Shown: piece after piece, positions 12,710-25,921 of the stretch
Numbering within the stretch: the first letter of the stretch is position 1
How the letters are laid out: each line of letters opens with the position of its first letter
Source of the DNA: Malacoraja senta
Taxonomy: Eukaryota
DNA: 64,000 nucleotides
Reading direction: 5' to 3'
NCBI GenBank assembly: GCA_038087875.1
Contig: CM075987.1
Coordinates: forward strand, 5,084,001 to 5,148,000
The notes under the pieces: generated by a model
Seen by the model: only the letters and a program-made list of their open reading frames with translations
The model's database searches: none
What the model was told of the DNA's origin: nothing
Translations under genes and position numbers: made by a program

Positions 12710-13408
12710 CCCCTTCCCCAGGTACCTTCCCCAGCAACAGCAGAAGATGCAACACCTGTCGCTATACCTCCTCCCTAGACTCTGCCAGGGACCCTCTGTC
12801 AGGTTAGGCAGAGGTTTACTTGTACCTCCTCCAACCTCATCTACTGTATCTGTTGTTCAGGACGTGGACTCTTATACATCGACGAGACCAAATGTAGACT
12901 GGGAAATTGTTTCGCTAAACACCTTCGCTCAGTCTGCCTGAACCTACCTGATCTCCCGGTTGCTAAACACTTTAATTCTCCTTCCCATTCCCACACAGAC
13001 CTTTCTGTCCTCGGTCCCCTCCATTGTCAGTGAGGCTAAATGCAAATTGGAGGAACAGCATCTCATATTTCGCTTGGGCAGCTTACAGCCCAGTGGTATG
13101 AATATTGATTTCTCTCACTTCAGGTAGCCCTGGCATTCCCACTCTCTCTATCCCTCCCCCACCCAAGTCGCACTGGCTTCTCATTTTCACACAACCAACA
13201 GCTAACAATGGCCTGTTTCCTTTATCATCATTATTTTGCCATATCTTTTATTCATTGTTCTTTATCTCCCCACATCACCGTCTATATCTCTCGTTTCCCT
13301 TATCCCTAACCAGTCTGAAGAAGGGTCTCGACCCGAAACGTCACCCATTCCTTCTCTCCAGGGATGTTGCCTGTCCCGCTGAGATACTCCAGCAATTTGT
13401 GTCTATCA
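12710..13408 (+). mobile_element. 5'-truncated Penelope-like element (GIY-YIG remnant plus pLTR with hammerhead core)
   Basis: RCNTC linker and FTCTSSNLIYCI..CGLLYI.ETK; GTGGAAC duplicated at 12703-12709 and 13409-13415. Confidence 0.88.
13313..13344 (+). ncRNA. Minimal type I hammerhead ribozyme core (Penelope pLTR)
   Basis: gu-CUGAAGA-a-GGGUC-uc-GACCC-GAAA-cg-UC-ac; stem I is only 2 bp. Confidence 0.6.
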
Positions 13409-14951
13409 GTGGAACTTGGGAGTCAGTGCTCATCTCTGCAACTGGATCCTTGACTTCCTGACCAACAGACCACAATCAGTGAGCATAGGGGGTCAAATCG
13501 TCCCCCCACGATAATCCTCGACACAGGTGGCCCTTCCGCAAAGGAATTGTTCTCAGGCCCTTCGCCACTTTTTATACACCCATGACAGTGCAGCCAAGTA
13601 CAAACCCAACTCAATCTACAAATTCACGAGCGACACCACCGTTGTGGAGCTGGAAATCAAATAATGAAGAGATGGAGTACAAGCAGGAGATTTGAGAACC
13701 TCGTGACCTGGTATCAGGACAACAACCTTTCTCTCTCAAAGTCAGCAAGGGGAAGGATGATCGTGTTCGACTTCAGGAAGCGAAGCGGTACACATACCCC
13801 ACATTGACGGTGCCGAAGTAGAGAGAGTTGAAAGTTTGAAGTTCTAGGAGTAAATATCACCAGCAACCTGTCTTAGACCTCCCATATTGGAGCAATTGCC
13901 AACAATGCAGAGCAAAGCCTTTACTTCCTTATAAGGCTTCGGAAGTTTGGCATCTCCAACAACTCTCACCAACTTCTACTGATGCGCCATAGAAAGCATT
14001 TTATCGGGATGCATCACGGCACGGTTTGGGAACAGCTCCGCCCGAGACCGCAAGAAATTGCAGAGAATTGTGGACGCAGCCCAGACCATCAAACAAATCA
14101 ACTTCCCTTCCACTGACTCCATTTACACTTCACGCAAGGCCATCAGCATAGTCAAGGACGAGTCGCACCCCAGTCTTCTCGCCTCTCCCATCAGGCAAGA
14201 GGCACAAAAGGGTGAAAACGCACACCTCCAGATTCAGCAAGTTTTTTCCCAGCTGTTATCAGGCGACTGAACCATCCTATCAACAAGTAGAGAGTGGTCC
14301 TGACCTCCCAACTTCCTCACCGGAGACTCTCGGACTATCTTTAAACGGACGATACTGGACTTTATCCTGCACTAAATGTTATTCCCTTTATCATCTATCT
14401 GGCTCGATTGTAATCATGTACAGTCTTTCCGCTGACTGGTTATCATGCAACAAAAGCTTTTCTCACTGTACCCCCGGTACATGTGACAATAAACTAAATC
14501 CTCGACCCGAGAGATTGCATATATTCAAGGTGATGACTAAGAGCCGTGTGAGGGGCAGGGAATCCAGGGGCATTGCGAGAGAGTGGAAGAGGTGTGGAGT
14601 CCAAGAACAGATTGGCCGTGATCTCACTGAATGGAAGAACAGGCTCAAAAGGACAACTGGCCCATTCCAGCTCCTCCTTCTTGCGTTCTGATTGAACTGC
14701 TCGCAATTATAGCTCTTTACTGAACCTTGGTTACTGTGTTTAAAACCCGTGACAGTAATTCTTGGTCAAAACGATGTGAAGAGCATTTGTCCTTAAGGAT
14801 CCTTGATTGCACTTCAGATAATTACCTGGCAAGCCCACTAAACTGCTGGCCAAGCCAGGCGACTCCCTGCGTGCTGGTCCCAGAAGTGGATCTGCAATCA
14901 TTCATTCCAATTGCTCCACTCTTTTAAACCACTGCTCCAACAGCGGCATTA

Positions 14952-15198
14952 AGGGCCTGTCCCACTTGGCGATTTTTGCCGGCGTCATATCAGTGTCACC
15001 AAAAGATTTTGAACTTCTCAAAATCCAGCGGCGACAAAAAAATGTTGCGACACTTGAAAAAACAACGCGCGTCATACGTCATCACGCCGCGTCACCACCG
15101 CATCTTACGTCATCACGCCGCGTATTTTTCGGTGACCTGATATGTCAGTCAATGATGCCGGCAGTCGCCGAAAAAAATCGCCAAGTGGGACAGGCCCT
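14952..15198. mobile_element. PIF/Harbinger-like MITE (247 bp)
   Basis: Perfect 26-bp TIR AGGGCCTGTCCCACTTGGCGATTTTT with TTA TSD on both sides. Confidence 0.9.
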
Positions 15199-15519
15199 TT
15201 ACTTTCTCAATCCCCTTTATCCCGCAGCTGTACACTGTGGACAGACGGCTTGATTGCAATCATGCGTGATTTTTCTGTTGACTGGATAGTATGCAACAAA
15301 AAAAGCTTTGCACTGTACCTCGGTACACATGACGATAAATTAAACTAAACTAATAAAGTAATAGCCATATATTCGCAATTCTTATTTTTAAAAACATCTT
15401 TACATTTGGAGTTTGGTTTTAAGGAAAAAAAGTAACAAGAGTGCACATGTTGACCGCACAAAAAGTGAAAAGCTGAATGATGGGCATTATTTTACTTATT
15501 TATTTTATTTTAATTACTT

Positions 15520-15900
15520 CTATGGGTATATGATGGAGAGCATACTGACTGGTTGCATACTGGCTGGTCGCACCACGGCCTGGTTCGGCAACTCGAACGC
15601 CCACAAGACAGATCGAGGTGGACACTGCTCAGTACAACATGGATACTGACCTCCCCACCACCAATTGGATCTTTCTGCCTCAAAATGGTAGCCAATATCA
15701 TCAAAGACCCATGCCATCCTGGCCACGCTCTCACTTTGTTCCTACCACTGGGATGAAGGTACAGAGTTTTGAAAACTGTGACCACCAGCATTTAAGAATT
15801 GCTTCTTTCCAACATCCATCAGGCTCTTGAACACAACACACTAACCTCAACAACTATGAGCTTCTACGGACTGTTTGGTTGCACTACGGACTCCATTGTT
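15520..15900 (+). mobile_element. Decayed Rex1 3' fragment
   Basis: ESILTGCI...TAWFGN and IIKDPCHPGH.LF. Confidence 0.8.
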
Positions 15901-15927
15901 TTTAACCGTACTAATATTGTACTAATA

Positions 15928-16278
15928 CATATAACATTATTAAGGGACTGGACACGCTAGAGGCAGGAAACATGTTCCCGATGCTGGGGGAGTCCAGAAC
16001 CAAGGGCCACAGTTTAAGAATAAGGAGTAGGCCATTTAGAACGGAGATGAGGAAAATATTTATTATCCAGAGAGTTGTGAATCTGTGGAATTCTCTGCCT
16101 CAGAAGGCAGTGGAGGCCAATTCACTGAATGCTTTCAAGAGAGAGCTAGATAGAGCTCTTAAAGATAGGGGAAAAGGCAGGAACGGGGTACTGAATGTGG
16201 ATGATCAGCCATGATCACAGTGAATGACGGTGCTGGCTCGAAGGGCCGAATGACCTACTCCTGCACCTATTGTCTATT
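15928..16278 (+). mobile_element. CR1 3' end
   Basis: GESRTKGHSLRI...RVVNLWNSLP and a CTATTGT tail. Confidence 0.9.
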
Positions 16279-16298
16279 TTCATTTAACGACATTTTTT

Positions 16299-17127
16299 AA
16301 GTCAAGTCAAGTCACATTTATTTATATAGCACATTTAAAAAACAACTCTCATTGGCCAAAGTGCTTTACATTTGTTATAAGAATAGCACAAACAAAACAA
16401 ACTACATACATATATACATGTAGCCCTCACTCAGAGGACGTCAGGAAAGGCTTGGGAGTATAGATAAGTCTTTAGTCTTGACTTAAAAGAGTCGATGGAG
16501 GGGGCAGTTCTGATGGGAAAGGGGATGCTGTTCCACAGTCTAGGGGCTGCAACCGCAAAGGCGCGGTCGCCCCTGAGCTTATGCCTAGACCGTGGGATAT
16601 TCAGCAAGCCCAAGTCGGCCGATCTGGGGGGCCTGGAGGTGGAGTGGTGGGTGAGAAGACTTTTTATGTAGGTGGGGCAAGCCCATTGAGGACTTTGTAG
16701 ACATGGAGGAGGATCTTGAAGTTTATACGGAACCGCACAGGGAGCCAGTGGAGAGAGGCCAGGATCGGGGTGATGTGGTCCCTTTTTCGGGTGCCCGTCA
16801 GGAGTCTCGCTGCGGCGTTTTGGACCAGTTGCAGGCGGGACAGGGAAGATTGGCTGATGCCAGTGTAAAGGGAGTTGCAGTAATCTAGGCGGGAGGAGAT
16901 GGATGTGTGGATGATCTTTTCGAGGTCATCAAACTGGAGGAATTGTTTTATTTTAGCTATCGTCCGAAGCTGAAAGAAGCTAGCTTTTACCATGGCATTG
17001 ACTTGTTTGTCAAATTTCAGTGCTGAGTCAAATATCACGCCAAGGTTTTTGACGTGAGGTTTGCGTAGTGGGGTAAGGCTTCCAAGGCTGCCTGCTATCA
17101 TTTTGATTGAGTCCGAGGGGCCGAGGG
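16299..17127 (-). mobile_element. L2 (LINE2) 3' fragment, well preserved
   Basis: KNLGVIFDS...SRLDYCNSLY...LQLVQNAAARLL...HITPILASLHWLPV and GDRAFAVAAPRLWNS; L2 tail TGTAAAGCACTTTG...TGCTATATAAATAAA-(TGACT)n. Confidence 0.93.
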
Positions 17128-17562
17128 TAAATGCAATATTGCCTGCATGTATTGCATTTACAGGCCTGTTAAGCTGCCGCAAGAAAGACTCTCACTGTTC
17201 CGTTGTCGGTAATATGACAATTAAACACTCTTACTCTCTCATTTTTCTGTTCTTGATTCTTTTATTTTAATGATTTAATGATTCTTTTATTTTAAAATAT
17301 TTAAATTTTGGTTCTGGTCTGCAGACAAAGTCAGGATAGACGAACATAAAACATAGCACAGTCCAGCGCAGGAATAGGCGCTTCGGCCCACAATGTTGCT
17401 GCTGAACATCATGCCAAGACCAAAGATAGACACAAAATGTCGAAGTAACTCAGCGGGACAGGCAGCATCTCTGGAGAGAAGGAATGGGTGAATTTTGGGT
17501 CGCGACCCTTCTTCGGACCCATGTGTCTATCCAAAAGTCTCTTCAATGCCACTATTAGTTCC

Positions 17563-17851
17563 CAGCGCGGAAACAGGCTCTTCGGCCCATCGGGTCCGCG
17601 CCGACCAGCAATCCCTGCATATTAACACTATCCTACACACACTAGTGACAATTTTTACATTTACCAAGCCAATTAACCTACAAACCTGTACGTCTTAAGA
17701 GTGTGGGAAGAAACCGAAGATCTCGGAGAAAAGCCACACAGGTCACTGGGAGAATATACAAACTCCGTACAGACAGCACCCGTAGTCGGGATCAAACCCG
17801 GGTCTCCGGTGTTGTATTCACTGTAAAGCAGCATCTCTACCGTTGCGCCAC
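17563..17851 (-). mobile_element. HE1/V-SINE
   Basis: Near full-length copy. Confidence 0.85.
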
Positions 17852-18049
17852 AAAGTTTTAAATGTTTATTATATATAGTATAATATATATATATATTATG
17901 AATAAATAAATAGATAAGTATACAAATAAATAGCTAGAATAAATAGATAGATAAATAAATAAATATAGTCCCAAAAAGCTGGAGTAACTCAGCGGGACAG
18001 GCAACATCTCTGGAGAGATGGAATGGGTCACGTTTCAGGTCCAGACCTG

Positions 18050-18612
18050 AAAGAGGTCCTTCTGCAGTTGTACAGGGCCCTAGTGAGACCACACCTGGAG
18101 TATTGTGTGCAGTTTTGGTCTCCAAATTTGAGGAAGGACATTCTTGCTATTGAGGGAGTGCAGCGTAGGTTCACAAGGTTAATTCCCGGGATGGCAGGAC
18201 TGTCATATGCTGAGAGAATGGAGCGGCTGGGCTTGTATACTCTGGAATTTAGAAGGATGAGAGGGGATCTTATTGAAACATATAAGATTATTAAGGGTTT
18301 GGACACGCCAGAGGCTGGAAACATGTTCCCGATGTTGGGGGGACTCCAGAACCAGGGGCCACAGTTTATGAATAAGGGCTAAGCCATTTAGAATGAAGAT
18401 GAGGAAACATCTTCACACAGAGAGTTGTGAGTCTGTGGAATTCTCTATGGATACTTTCAAGAGAGAGCTAGATAGGACTCTTAAAGATAGCGGAATCAGG
18501 GGATATGGGGAGAAGGCAGGATTGTGGATGATCAGCCATGATCACATTGAATGGCGGTGCTGGCTCGAAGGGCTGAATGGCTTACTCCTGCACCTATTGT
18601 CTATTGTCTATT
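18050..18612 (+). mobile_element. CR1 3' end
   Basis: [19 protein letters not shown]...RRMRGDLIETYK and a (CTATTGT)2 tail. Confidence 0.92.
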
Positions 18613-21106
18613 CTTCCCTTCTTTAAATAAATACATTTTAAAAACTGGCCCCTAATGTCTGGAAATATACAGGAAGGTTTCCAGTCATCAGATAGACCTA
18701 TGTGCTTATTACGGCAGCAAACTAAATAAAAATCAGCAAAGGGAAGTACGTACCCATGTGTACTACTAAGAAAAATAGTCCGAGCAACTTTTGATCAGCT
18801 GTGAAGCATGCGGCGTATGCTGCTGCAGTACTGGATCACAACACTAGGTGCTGCTAAAAGACCACTGTTGTCCTTGGAAACTGCAGGTTCTGAACCTGCA
18901 AAGAGTGAAGCCCGAACCACTTTCTCAGGAGTAAATTAACAGTAACATTAACGGCACATGGCAAACACAGGGCATGCTCATTACTTCAGAAAGCAGATAA
19001 TTGCTTACAAAAATACAAACAAAACTATAATTATCATGATGGATTGCAGAAAGCAGAGGCCCCATCAGAAAACCCATGCATCAATGTCCGCTGGTTAAAA
19101 AATAATGAAGAAACATTGGAATATACGTACAGAATGAATGCAAAGATGATCAAAAATTCTTCATTTCCCTGCTTTTTTATGGTTGACAAGCATGTCTTCA
19201 TCAATTTACCTCCTACTTCATGATGTCACAACTAACAGCTTCCGCCTCAAGCTACACAAGGAACAAGACTCATTTTTCAAAATACAAATACATAGAGATG
19301 TCAGCTAAAAATGTTTACTAATTAACACTTAAAAAGACACAAATTAGATATGCGTGACTACGAGCAATTATAATCAAGAAGTGTTTCTGCAGTCATTTGG
19401 GAATCAAAAGGACCTAATTGCTAGAACAAGCATTCAAAATTCCTGCCACTTAGCAGATATGTTTATTAACCTAGACGAGTCATATTAAGCATTGATACCG
19501 AGCAATCAGTACCTGAGTGAATGTAGGATGTAGTACAGTATATCAGTAATTACCGAAGAGTAAATACTTCACGTTTGCACTGAAAAGATTTGGGAAATGC
19601 TGGTGTTTGTTGCTTTCTCCCCTGCACAGCTTGTGTTCAAGGTATGGAACAGCAAGTGCAAAGCCACACACACACACATTTTGTAATAAAAGTATGCTGT
19701 TGTTGCATTAGGCCAACTTAAACCTCCAGCTGAAAATGTTTTATACGTCGTTAAACGCTGATGTAAGTGAAAGAGAATGAAAATATTTTGAGGCGGTGAA
19801 AAAGAGAATGGAAAAAGTGAAGGATATTAAATATAAATTTCCAGGGAGTGGGTCACAGATGAAGAGATATTATTTCAGAGAATACTTTTCTGCAATTAAT
19901 AAGTGATGAATTTCATGCCTGTAGATAAGTTTTTGAAATTAATTAATTGATAATTTTTAAAGTTTAAAGCTGTAAGTATTTTCCATGATCTCTGCTTAAA
20001 TTGCTTCTTTGTCCAATCAGATATTTTAATCCAATATGATATTCACTCTTTTGCTTTATAAAAATAATCTCTGGGTGATAGAACACGTTTCACCAATGTC
20101 ACATTACACTGCTAATGAGTTTTCATTTAAAAAGAACTGTTCTAAAGATTACGATCAATGTCTTGCATATCTTCTCGCCCACTTTGTGTTTGCTGGAATT
20201 TCTCAATATTAATGACGACCGCTCCTGCTATTCAGCAGCAGATATATCAAGGGTGTTTAATTGCCACTTGTACTGGAAACGGAACAACAAAATGCAATTC
20301 TATCATTCCATCTGCAAATGCGCAAATTAACATTCAAAGAACTACTCGGACGGACTGCAACGTTCTTCAGCGGAAGCCACTTCTTAAATTTGCAGATAAT
20401 GTTAACTTTAGAATTAATTTCCGACTGTTGCGTAAAGCATTCAACATTTCCACTGCGACTGTGATTTATGGAGGGAACTTCATCGTCTCATTCGTTTTCT
20501 GGGAAAATGTCGCGGAAATGAGTACGGTGACTAGTGTGTGAGGGAGATAGCTCATTTATTTTTCCCGCGTTTCGCAAGTTCGGCGAGATATCCTACCTAC
20601 ACGAACGTAGGGAAAAATTTATAAACAACTGCGGCTGCATTCCGAGATCGGCTTTCACATTCGGTTTTGCCTTTCCTTAAAACATTCCTCCATTAAATAA
20701 TTAGAATATAAAGCAATGACTGTCTCATCACATTCCGCATTCAGCGTTCATTTATCTTTCCTGCCCGCCAGTTCGCTAAATACAGCACATTAATGCGCCT
20801 CAGATTTGCTTAATCATTTACAGTGCATTTATAATTAATACCCTCCTTGATTTTATTGTAGCTTTATTCATCTCGGTTCCTGCATTATTTGTAGTGTCTG
20901 TGTTATCGTTCACCCGAGGGTCTAACCCACAGCCCACACAGGGGAGTGGTATTTCTCAAACTTGGTTCTCTGCCAGTTTGTTTCTGCTATCTGCAGAAAT
21001 AGGTACCGACTCTTATTCAGCTGAAAAGCACGAGAAATCCAATGGGAAAGCGGGAGAACAGAGGCAGTTCCCCCCCGATTCCACATCCAGGGAAAGGATC
21101 AGAGAG

Positions 21107-21522
21107 GATAGACACAAAATGCTGGAGGAACTCAGCGGAACAGGCAGCATCTCTGGATAGAAGGATTGGATCGGGATCCAAAACGTCACCCATCCCTTCT
21201 CTCCAGAGATGCTGCCTGACCCGCTGAGTTACTCCGGCATTTAGTGTCTGTCTCCAGCATCTGCAGTTCCGTCCTACACAAAGGATCAGAGGAACCTTAC
21301 TTACAGACAGGGGAGTATCTATAGTGGAAGCCAGGAACGGCAGATGGGCGTTTACACAGAAGGACACAAATTGCTGGAGTAACTCAGCAGATCGTGGAGA
21401 ACATGGAGAGGTGACTTTTCGGGTCTGGACCAGTCTGAAGAAGGGTCCTGATCCAAAATGTCACCTATCCATGTTCTCCAGGAATAGTGCCTAACCTGCT
21501 GACTTACTCCAGCAGTTTGTGC
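21107..21522. mobile_element. Two Penelope pLTR fold-back units
   Basis: Inverted pairs GCTGGAG.AACTCAGC ... GCTGA.TTACTCC.GC. Confidence 0.75.
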
Positions 21523-21952
21523 CCAGTAGAATATCTATTGTGCCCATGAATGGAGAATGAATAGTTAAAATGAAACACTGGTAACCAACTATGCAGTTTT
21601 CTTAGAATTTCCTGTAAATGCTTACACCTAAAATGTTTCGTATTTATTCCGAAATGGTTTGCTGAATGTCAAATATTATTAACACGAAAAAAAACCCTTT
21701 TAACTTGCAGTCATAGAGCATTAGTTTTGATAGAACTGACTTGGAAATGATTGCTAACACTTTTACAAGAAACGGCTACAGTGTTTGCCTGATTTTAATT
21801 CAGGCTCTACATCACCTTTCCTGAAACAATGGAGTGTGGAAACAAAATAAACACAAAACCATTTTTGTGCAAGATGCAAAAAATACTGCGCAGGTCATGT
21901 TTCAATACTTCCGTCTACGAAGATCTGTAATGAAGACTTGATTAGGCGTCAA

Positions 21953-22452
21953 CCGCGGTGCAGCGGCTAGAGCTGCTGCCTCACAGCGCCAGAGACCCGG
22001 GTTCGATCCTCACCTCGGCTGCCATATCTTGTGGAGTTTGCCCGTGACCGTGTGGGTTTCCTCCCGCATACAAAGACGTGCGAGTTTGTAGGTTAAATGG
22101 TCTCTGTAAATTGCCGCTGGTGTGTAGGGAGTGGATGAGAGAGTGGGATAACATCAAACTAGTGTGAATGGTGAACGATGGTTGGCGAGGATTCAGCGGG
22201 CTGAAGGGCCTGTTTCCAATGTGTAAGAAGGAACTGCAGATGCTGGTTTAAACCGAAGATAGATACAAAAAGCTGGAGTAACTCAGCGGGACAGGCAGCA
22301 TCTCTGGAGAGACGGAATGGGTGACGTTTCGGGTCGAGACCCTTCCCGAAACGTCACCCATTCCTTCTCCCCAGAGTTGCTGCCTGTCCCGCTGAGTTAC
22401 TCCAGCTTTTTGTGTCTTTCTTTGGTCTGTTTCCAATGCTGTATCTCCAAAA
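21953..22452 (+). mobile_element. HE1/V-SINE with a Penelope fold-back inserted in its tail (22222-22426)
   Basis: 12-bp duplication CTGTTTCCAATG at 22210-22221 and 22427-22438. Confidence 0.85.
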
Positions 22453-23527
22453 ACTGTTACGGGGTAAATAGCATGGAGCAGCAGAATAACACCGCTGAAA
22501 CAAAGATGGCAGAGAAGAGATGGCACTTGAGAGATATAGTGTCAGTAATTACTGGTTTGAGTTTGAAAGAAAGCGGTGGATGGATGGGGGAAAACCTAAA
22601 CAGGTCAGCCTTTGCTGATGCAAGCCCTATACTGATAGAAACAGCACTGACAGTCAGAACCTTTTCCCCCCACAGTGGAAATGTCGAACACTAGAAGGCA
22701 CAGCTAGAAGGTGAGACGGGGCAAAGTTTAAAGAAGATGTGCGGGGCATGTTGTTATTACGGGGTGCGGGGGCCCTGGAATGCATTACAGGTGGAGGCAG
22801 AGAGGATAGTGCTGTTTAAGACGCTTTTAGATAGGAACATGGAAGTGCAAGGACTAGAGGGATATGGATCACGTACAGGCAGATGAGGTCAGTATAACTT
22901 GGCATCATGTTCGTGCACATACGAGGGAATCCATTTGGGGTTCTTCAAATTGTTGTGCCAGATCTTTCACATCTATTCGTGGCACGGAAACTCAATCCAG
23001 CTCTCACCTGGAAGGAGGCACCTCCCAAAGATAGATACAGAGTGCTGGAGTTAACTCAGCGGGTCAGGCAGCATCTCTGGAGAAAAGGAATAGGTGACGT
23101 TTCGGGTCGAGACCTTTCTTTTGAGTCTATGTTCAGTTTAAACCAGCATCTGCAGTTCCTTCATACACATTTCGTCACCTCCCTAAGATGCGGACCTGGA
23201 GTTCTGGACCGGATATCAACTCCGGAATAGGCCAGGAGGAAGAGGGCCTTCCTCTTCCAAGGAAAATCCAAGGGAGCCAAGGGATGCACATGAACACCCA
23301 GAAGGGAATATTACACAGAGTAACTTTAAGACACAGCAGTCTGCAGGTAATTCCGTCATGACTCGCTGCATATTATACCATACACTACACTGGATGCAAA
23401 TGTAAGTTCAATACATGCAGCTATCCTGAAGGCTGAATTGTTTACGGAGGCTGAATTGTATTAATTAAATATGGATAATGAGTTAAGGCACAACGGCACT
23501 GCACACTATCGAGTTGGAACGACTCTC

Positions 23528-23820
23528 CGGTAGAGTTGCCGCCTCACAGCGCCAGAGACCCAGGTTCGATCCTGACCATGGGTGCTCTCTGTACGGAGTC
23601 TATACGTTCTCCCCGTGACCTGCGTGGGCTTTCTCCGGGTGCTCCTGTTTCCTCCCACACTCCAAAGAAATACAGGTTTTTAGGTTAATTGGCTTGGTAA
23701 AATTGAAAATTGTTCCTGTTGTGTGTAGGATAGTGTTAGTGTACGGGGATCGCTGGTCGGCGCGGACCAGGTGGGCCGAAGGGCCTGTTTCTGCGCTGTA
23801 TCTCTCAAAACGAAGCTAAA
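23528..23820 (+). mobile_element. HE1/V-SINE
   Basis: B box, V-domain, tail. Confidence 0.88.
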
Positions 23821-25174
23821 AGCTGCAAGAATGGGCATTCAGGTTCAATGGAAGAAATTGGCATTCTCCAACCCAAAATCATTTCTTAAATCAAGGTCAA
23901 CAACCTGCAAGGAACCATTTTGTTGTATTATTTTCAACCCAGTATCGATTTCAATGCAACAGACATTAGATTTGTTTAAAAGACTGCTGTTAATGTCTTT
24001 GATCTCTTTGCCCTTCCCTGCCTATAATTAATACCAGTTTTCCAATTTTGCTGCAATTTCATACTATTCCACATGAAAAAGCAAGGCAGTCGATCAACTG
24101 CACCTTGACAACTGGCATTTAAACGTATTTTCTTTGGAGGTTGAAGTGTGCAATACTTTTCTCTCCACTTGAAAAAAATCTCTTTTTGCTTCTGCCAAGA
24201 AGTGAAAGTGTTCCGTTGCTGTGGAATGCTCAACCTTGTGGTCTGTCCGGCTAGTTCCCGAACTGATCCATTAATGGCTTATGTGCCTGAACAGCAGATG
24301 TTTGAGCTGAACATTGTTAGCAGCAGCTCAGCACTCATGCTGGCACTTGGTGCTATTCATGTGGGACTGAGAATCAAAACTAAATACTTTTGGTTCCAAA
24401 TGCTATACAAACACCTCTGCCACTAAATCCTCGTTTGAAATCGGGAAGCGAAATGCGGGAAGCGAAATGACTGAGACCCGACTCTCAGTCTGATGAAGGG
24501 TTTCGACCCGAAATGTCACCTACTCCTTTTCTCCAGAGATGCTGTTTGACCTGCTGAGTTACTCCAGCATTCTGTGTCCATCTCAAGTGAAATGCACAAT
24601 CCATCCAAATAGAGTCATACAGCACGGAAACAGGCCCTTCAGCCCAACTCGTCCATGCCGACCAAGATGCCCCATCTAAGCTAGTCCCATTTGCCCACGT
24701 TTGGCCCATATCCTTCTAAACCTTTCCTATCCATATACCTGTTCAAATCATTACAGTGATCTTACAGACTTTTACTTCTTGCCCATTTGATACTTATATT
24801 CATGTGTTCATAAGACATGGGAGCAGAATTAGGCCATTCGGCCCTTCAAGTCTTTCCATTCAGGGAACAGGCATATGATGTTTCAGGGCGATTGAGTAGA
24901 GGATAGAAAGCTGGAAAAGAGGGGATGGGTGCAGCAAAGCCTGGCAATTGTGATATAGGTGAGAGAACAGATGATAATCGGCAGGTGCCAATGGCTAGGA
25001 GGCAAAAAGGAGACAAAAGGGCGTCAGGTAAGGAAGGCATATACCCTGGAGACTGAGCGGAGTCTTTAAACCTCCAAGCCTTTGTAAAAAACTTCAGCAG
25101 CTGTTTGGTGCAACATTGCATTCAGGTAGAAGACTGAATCTTTATATTATTATTATTATTAATATTATTAATAT

Positions 25175-25518
25175 TATATTACTAAAACTTTCATCTTGTT
25201 TGTTTGTTTCTCAAACTCTGCAAAAACGGTACACGATAGCGCAACAATTTTAGGCCCACCTTACTCACCATTGTCCTGCAAGTTTCGTTCAGATTGATGT
25301 TATATTTTAAAAGTTGTTGACTTTTTAAACTTTAATAAACCTGGCAGTCGCGCTCCCACTTGCTGGCCGCGCCTGCGCAGTTGGGGGAGGGTTGCCGTGC
25401 GCCTCACAACGGGGATCTCTGGCGTCACAACAGGAATCCGTCAGCCGATCCTGCGCAGTTGGGGACTATGAGTGAGTGATGGATAATTGCATTGGGGGAC
25501 GGGCCCAACTTGGTCCAG
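25175..25518 (+). mobile_element. Helitron-like non-autonomous element
   Basis: 5' TATATTACTAAAACT-(TTTG)n start and GC-rich 3' end GGGGGACGGGCCC...TTGGTCCAG followed by T. No TIR or TSD; similar 3' end at 50350. Confidence 0.5.
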
Positions 25519-25594
25519 TAGCCATTAAATGTCTTAGAATGAATGCCAATGTCCTTGAATAATGCATGGTGCTGGTACTATACTGTAATCTGTA

Positions 25595-25890
25595 CAGGCA
25601 TTCGCTGATTTATGTAAGAGGCGACTTACGTAGACTCACACATACATAAGCAATTCTTTAGGCCCGCTTCTTTATTTCCGGGTTGCGCGTCTTGGCAGCA
25701 GTGCGCTACTGCCGTCGCGTGCGGCCGTTTCCACAAACCAGTCAGTTGTTCTCGCGGATGCTCCCAGAGTCTCCGCGTCCAATAGTAAATTTCCGTGTGC
25801 GCCGTAGCACTTCCGTTTCCGACTTACATAACATCTGACTTACGCAAAGGTCTGTGGGACGTAACCCTTATGCAAGTGGGGGAGCATCTG
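25595..25890. mobile_element. Tc1/mariner (Tigger/pogo-like) MITE
   Basis: TA|CAGGCATTC...GGGAGCATCTG|TA with repeated GACTTAC subterminal motifs. Confidence 0.7.
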
Positions 25891-25921
25891 TATTGTTTCA
25901 TTGCCAGGGTGCAAATTAACT

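Larger units (their letters stand above)
12435..14500 (+). mobile_element. Decayed Rex1/Babar LINE (RT to 3' end), interrupted by a Penelope element
   Basis: [30 protein letters not shown] and KFLGVNI motifs; tail ...GTGACAATAAACTAAA. Confidence 0.85.

Noticed and set aside
21953-22020. tRNA-like A/B boxes
   Set aside because: These are SINE heads, not tRNA genes; the same applies throughout the window.
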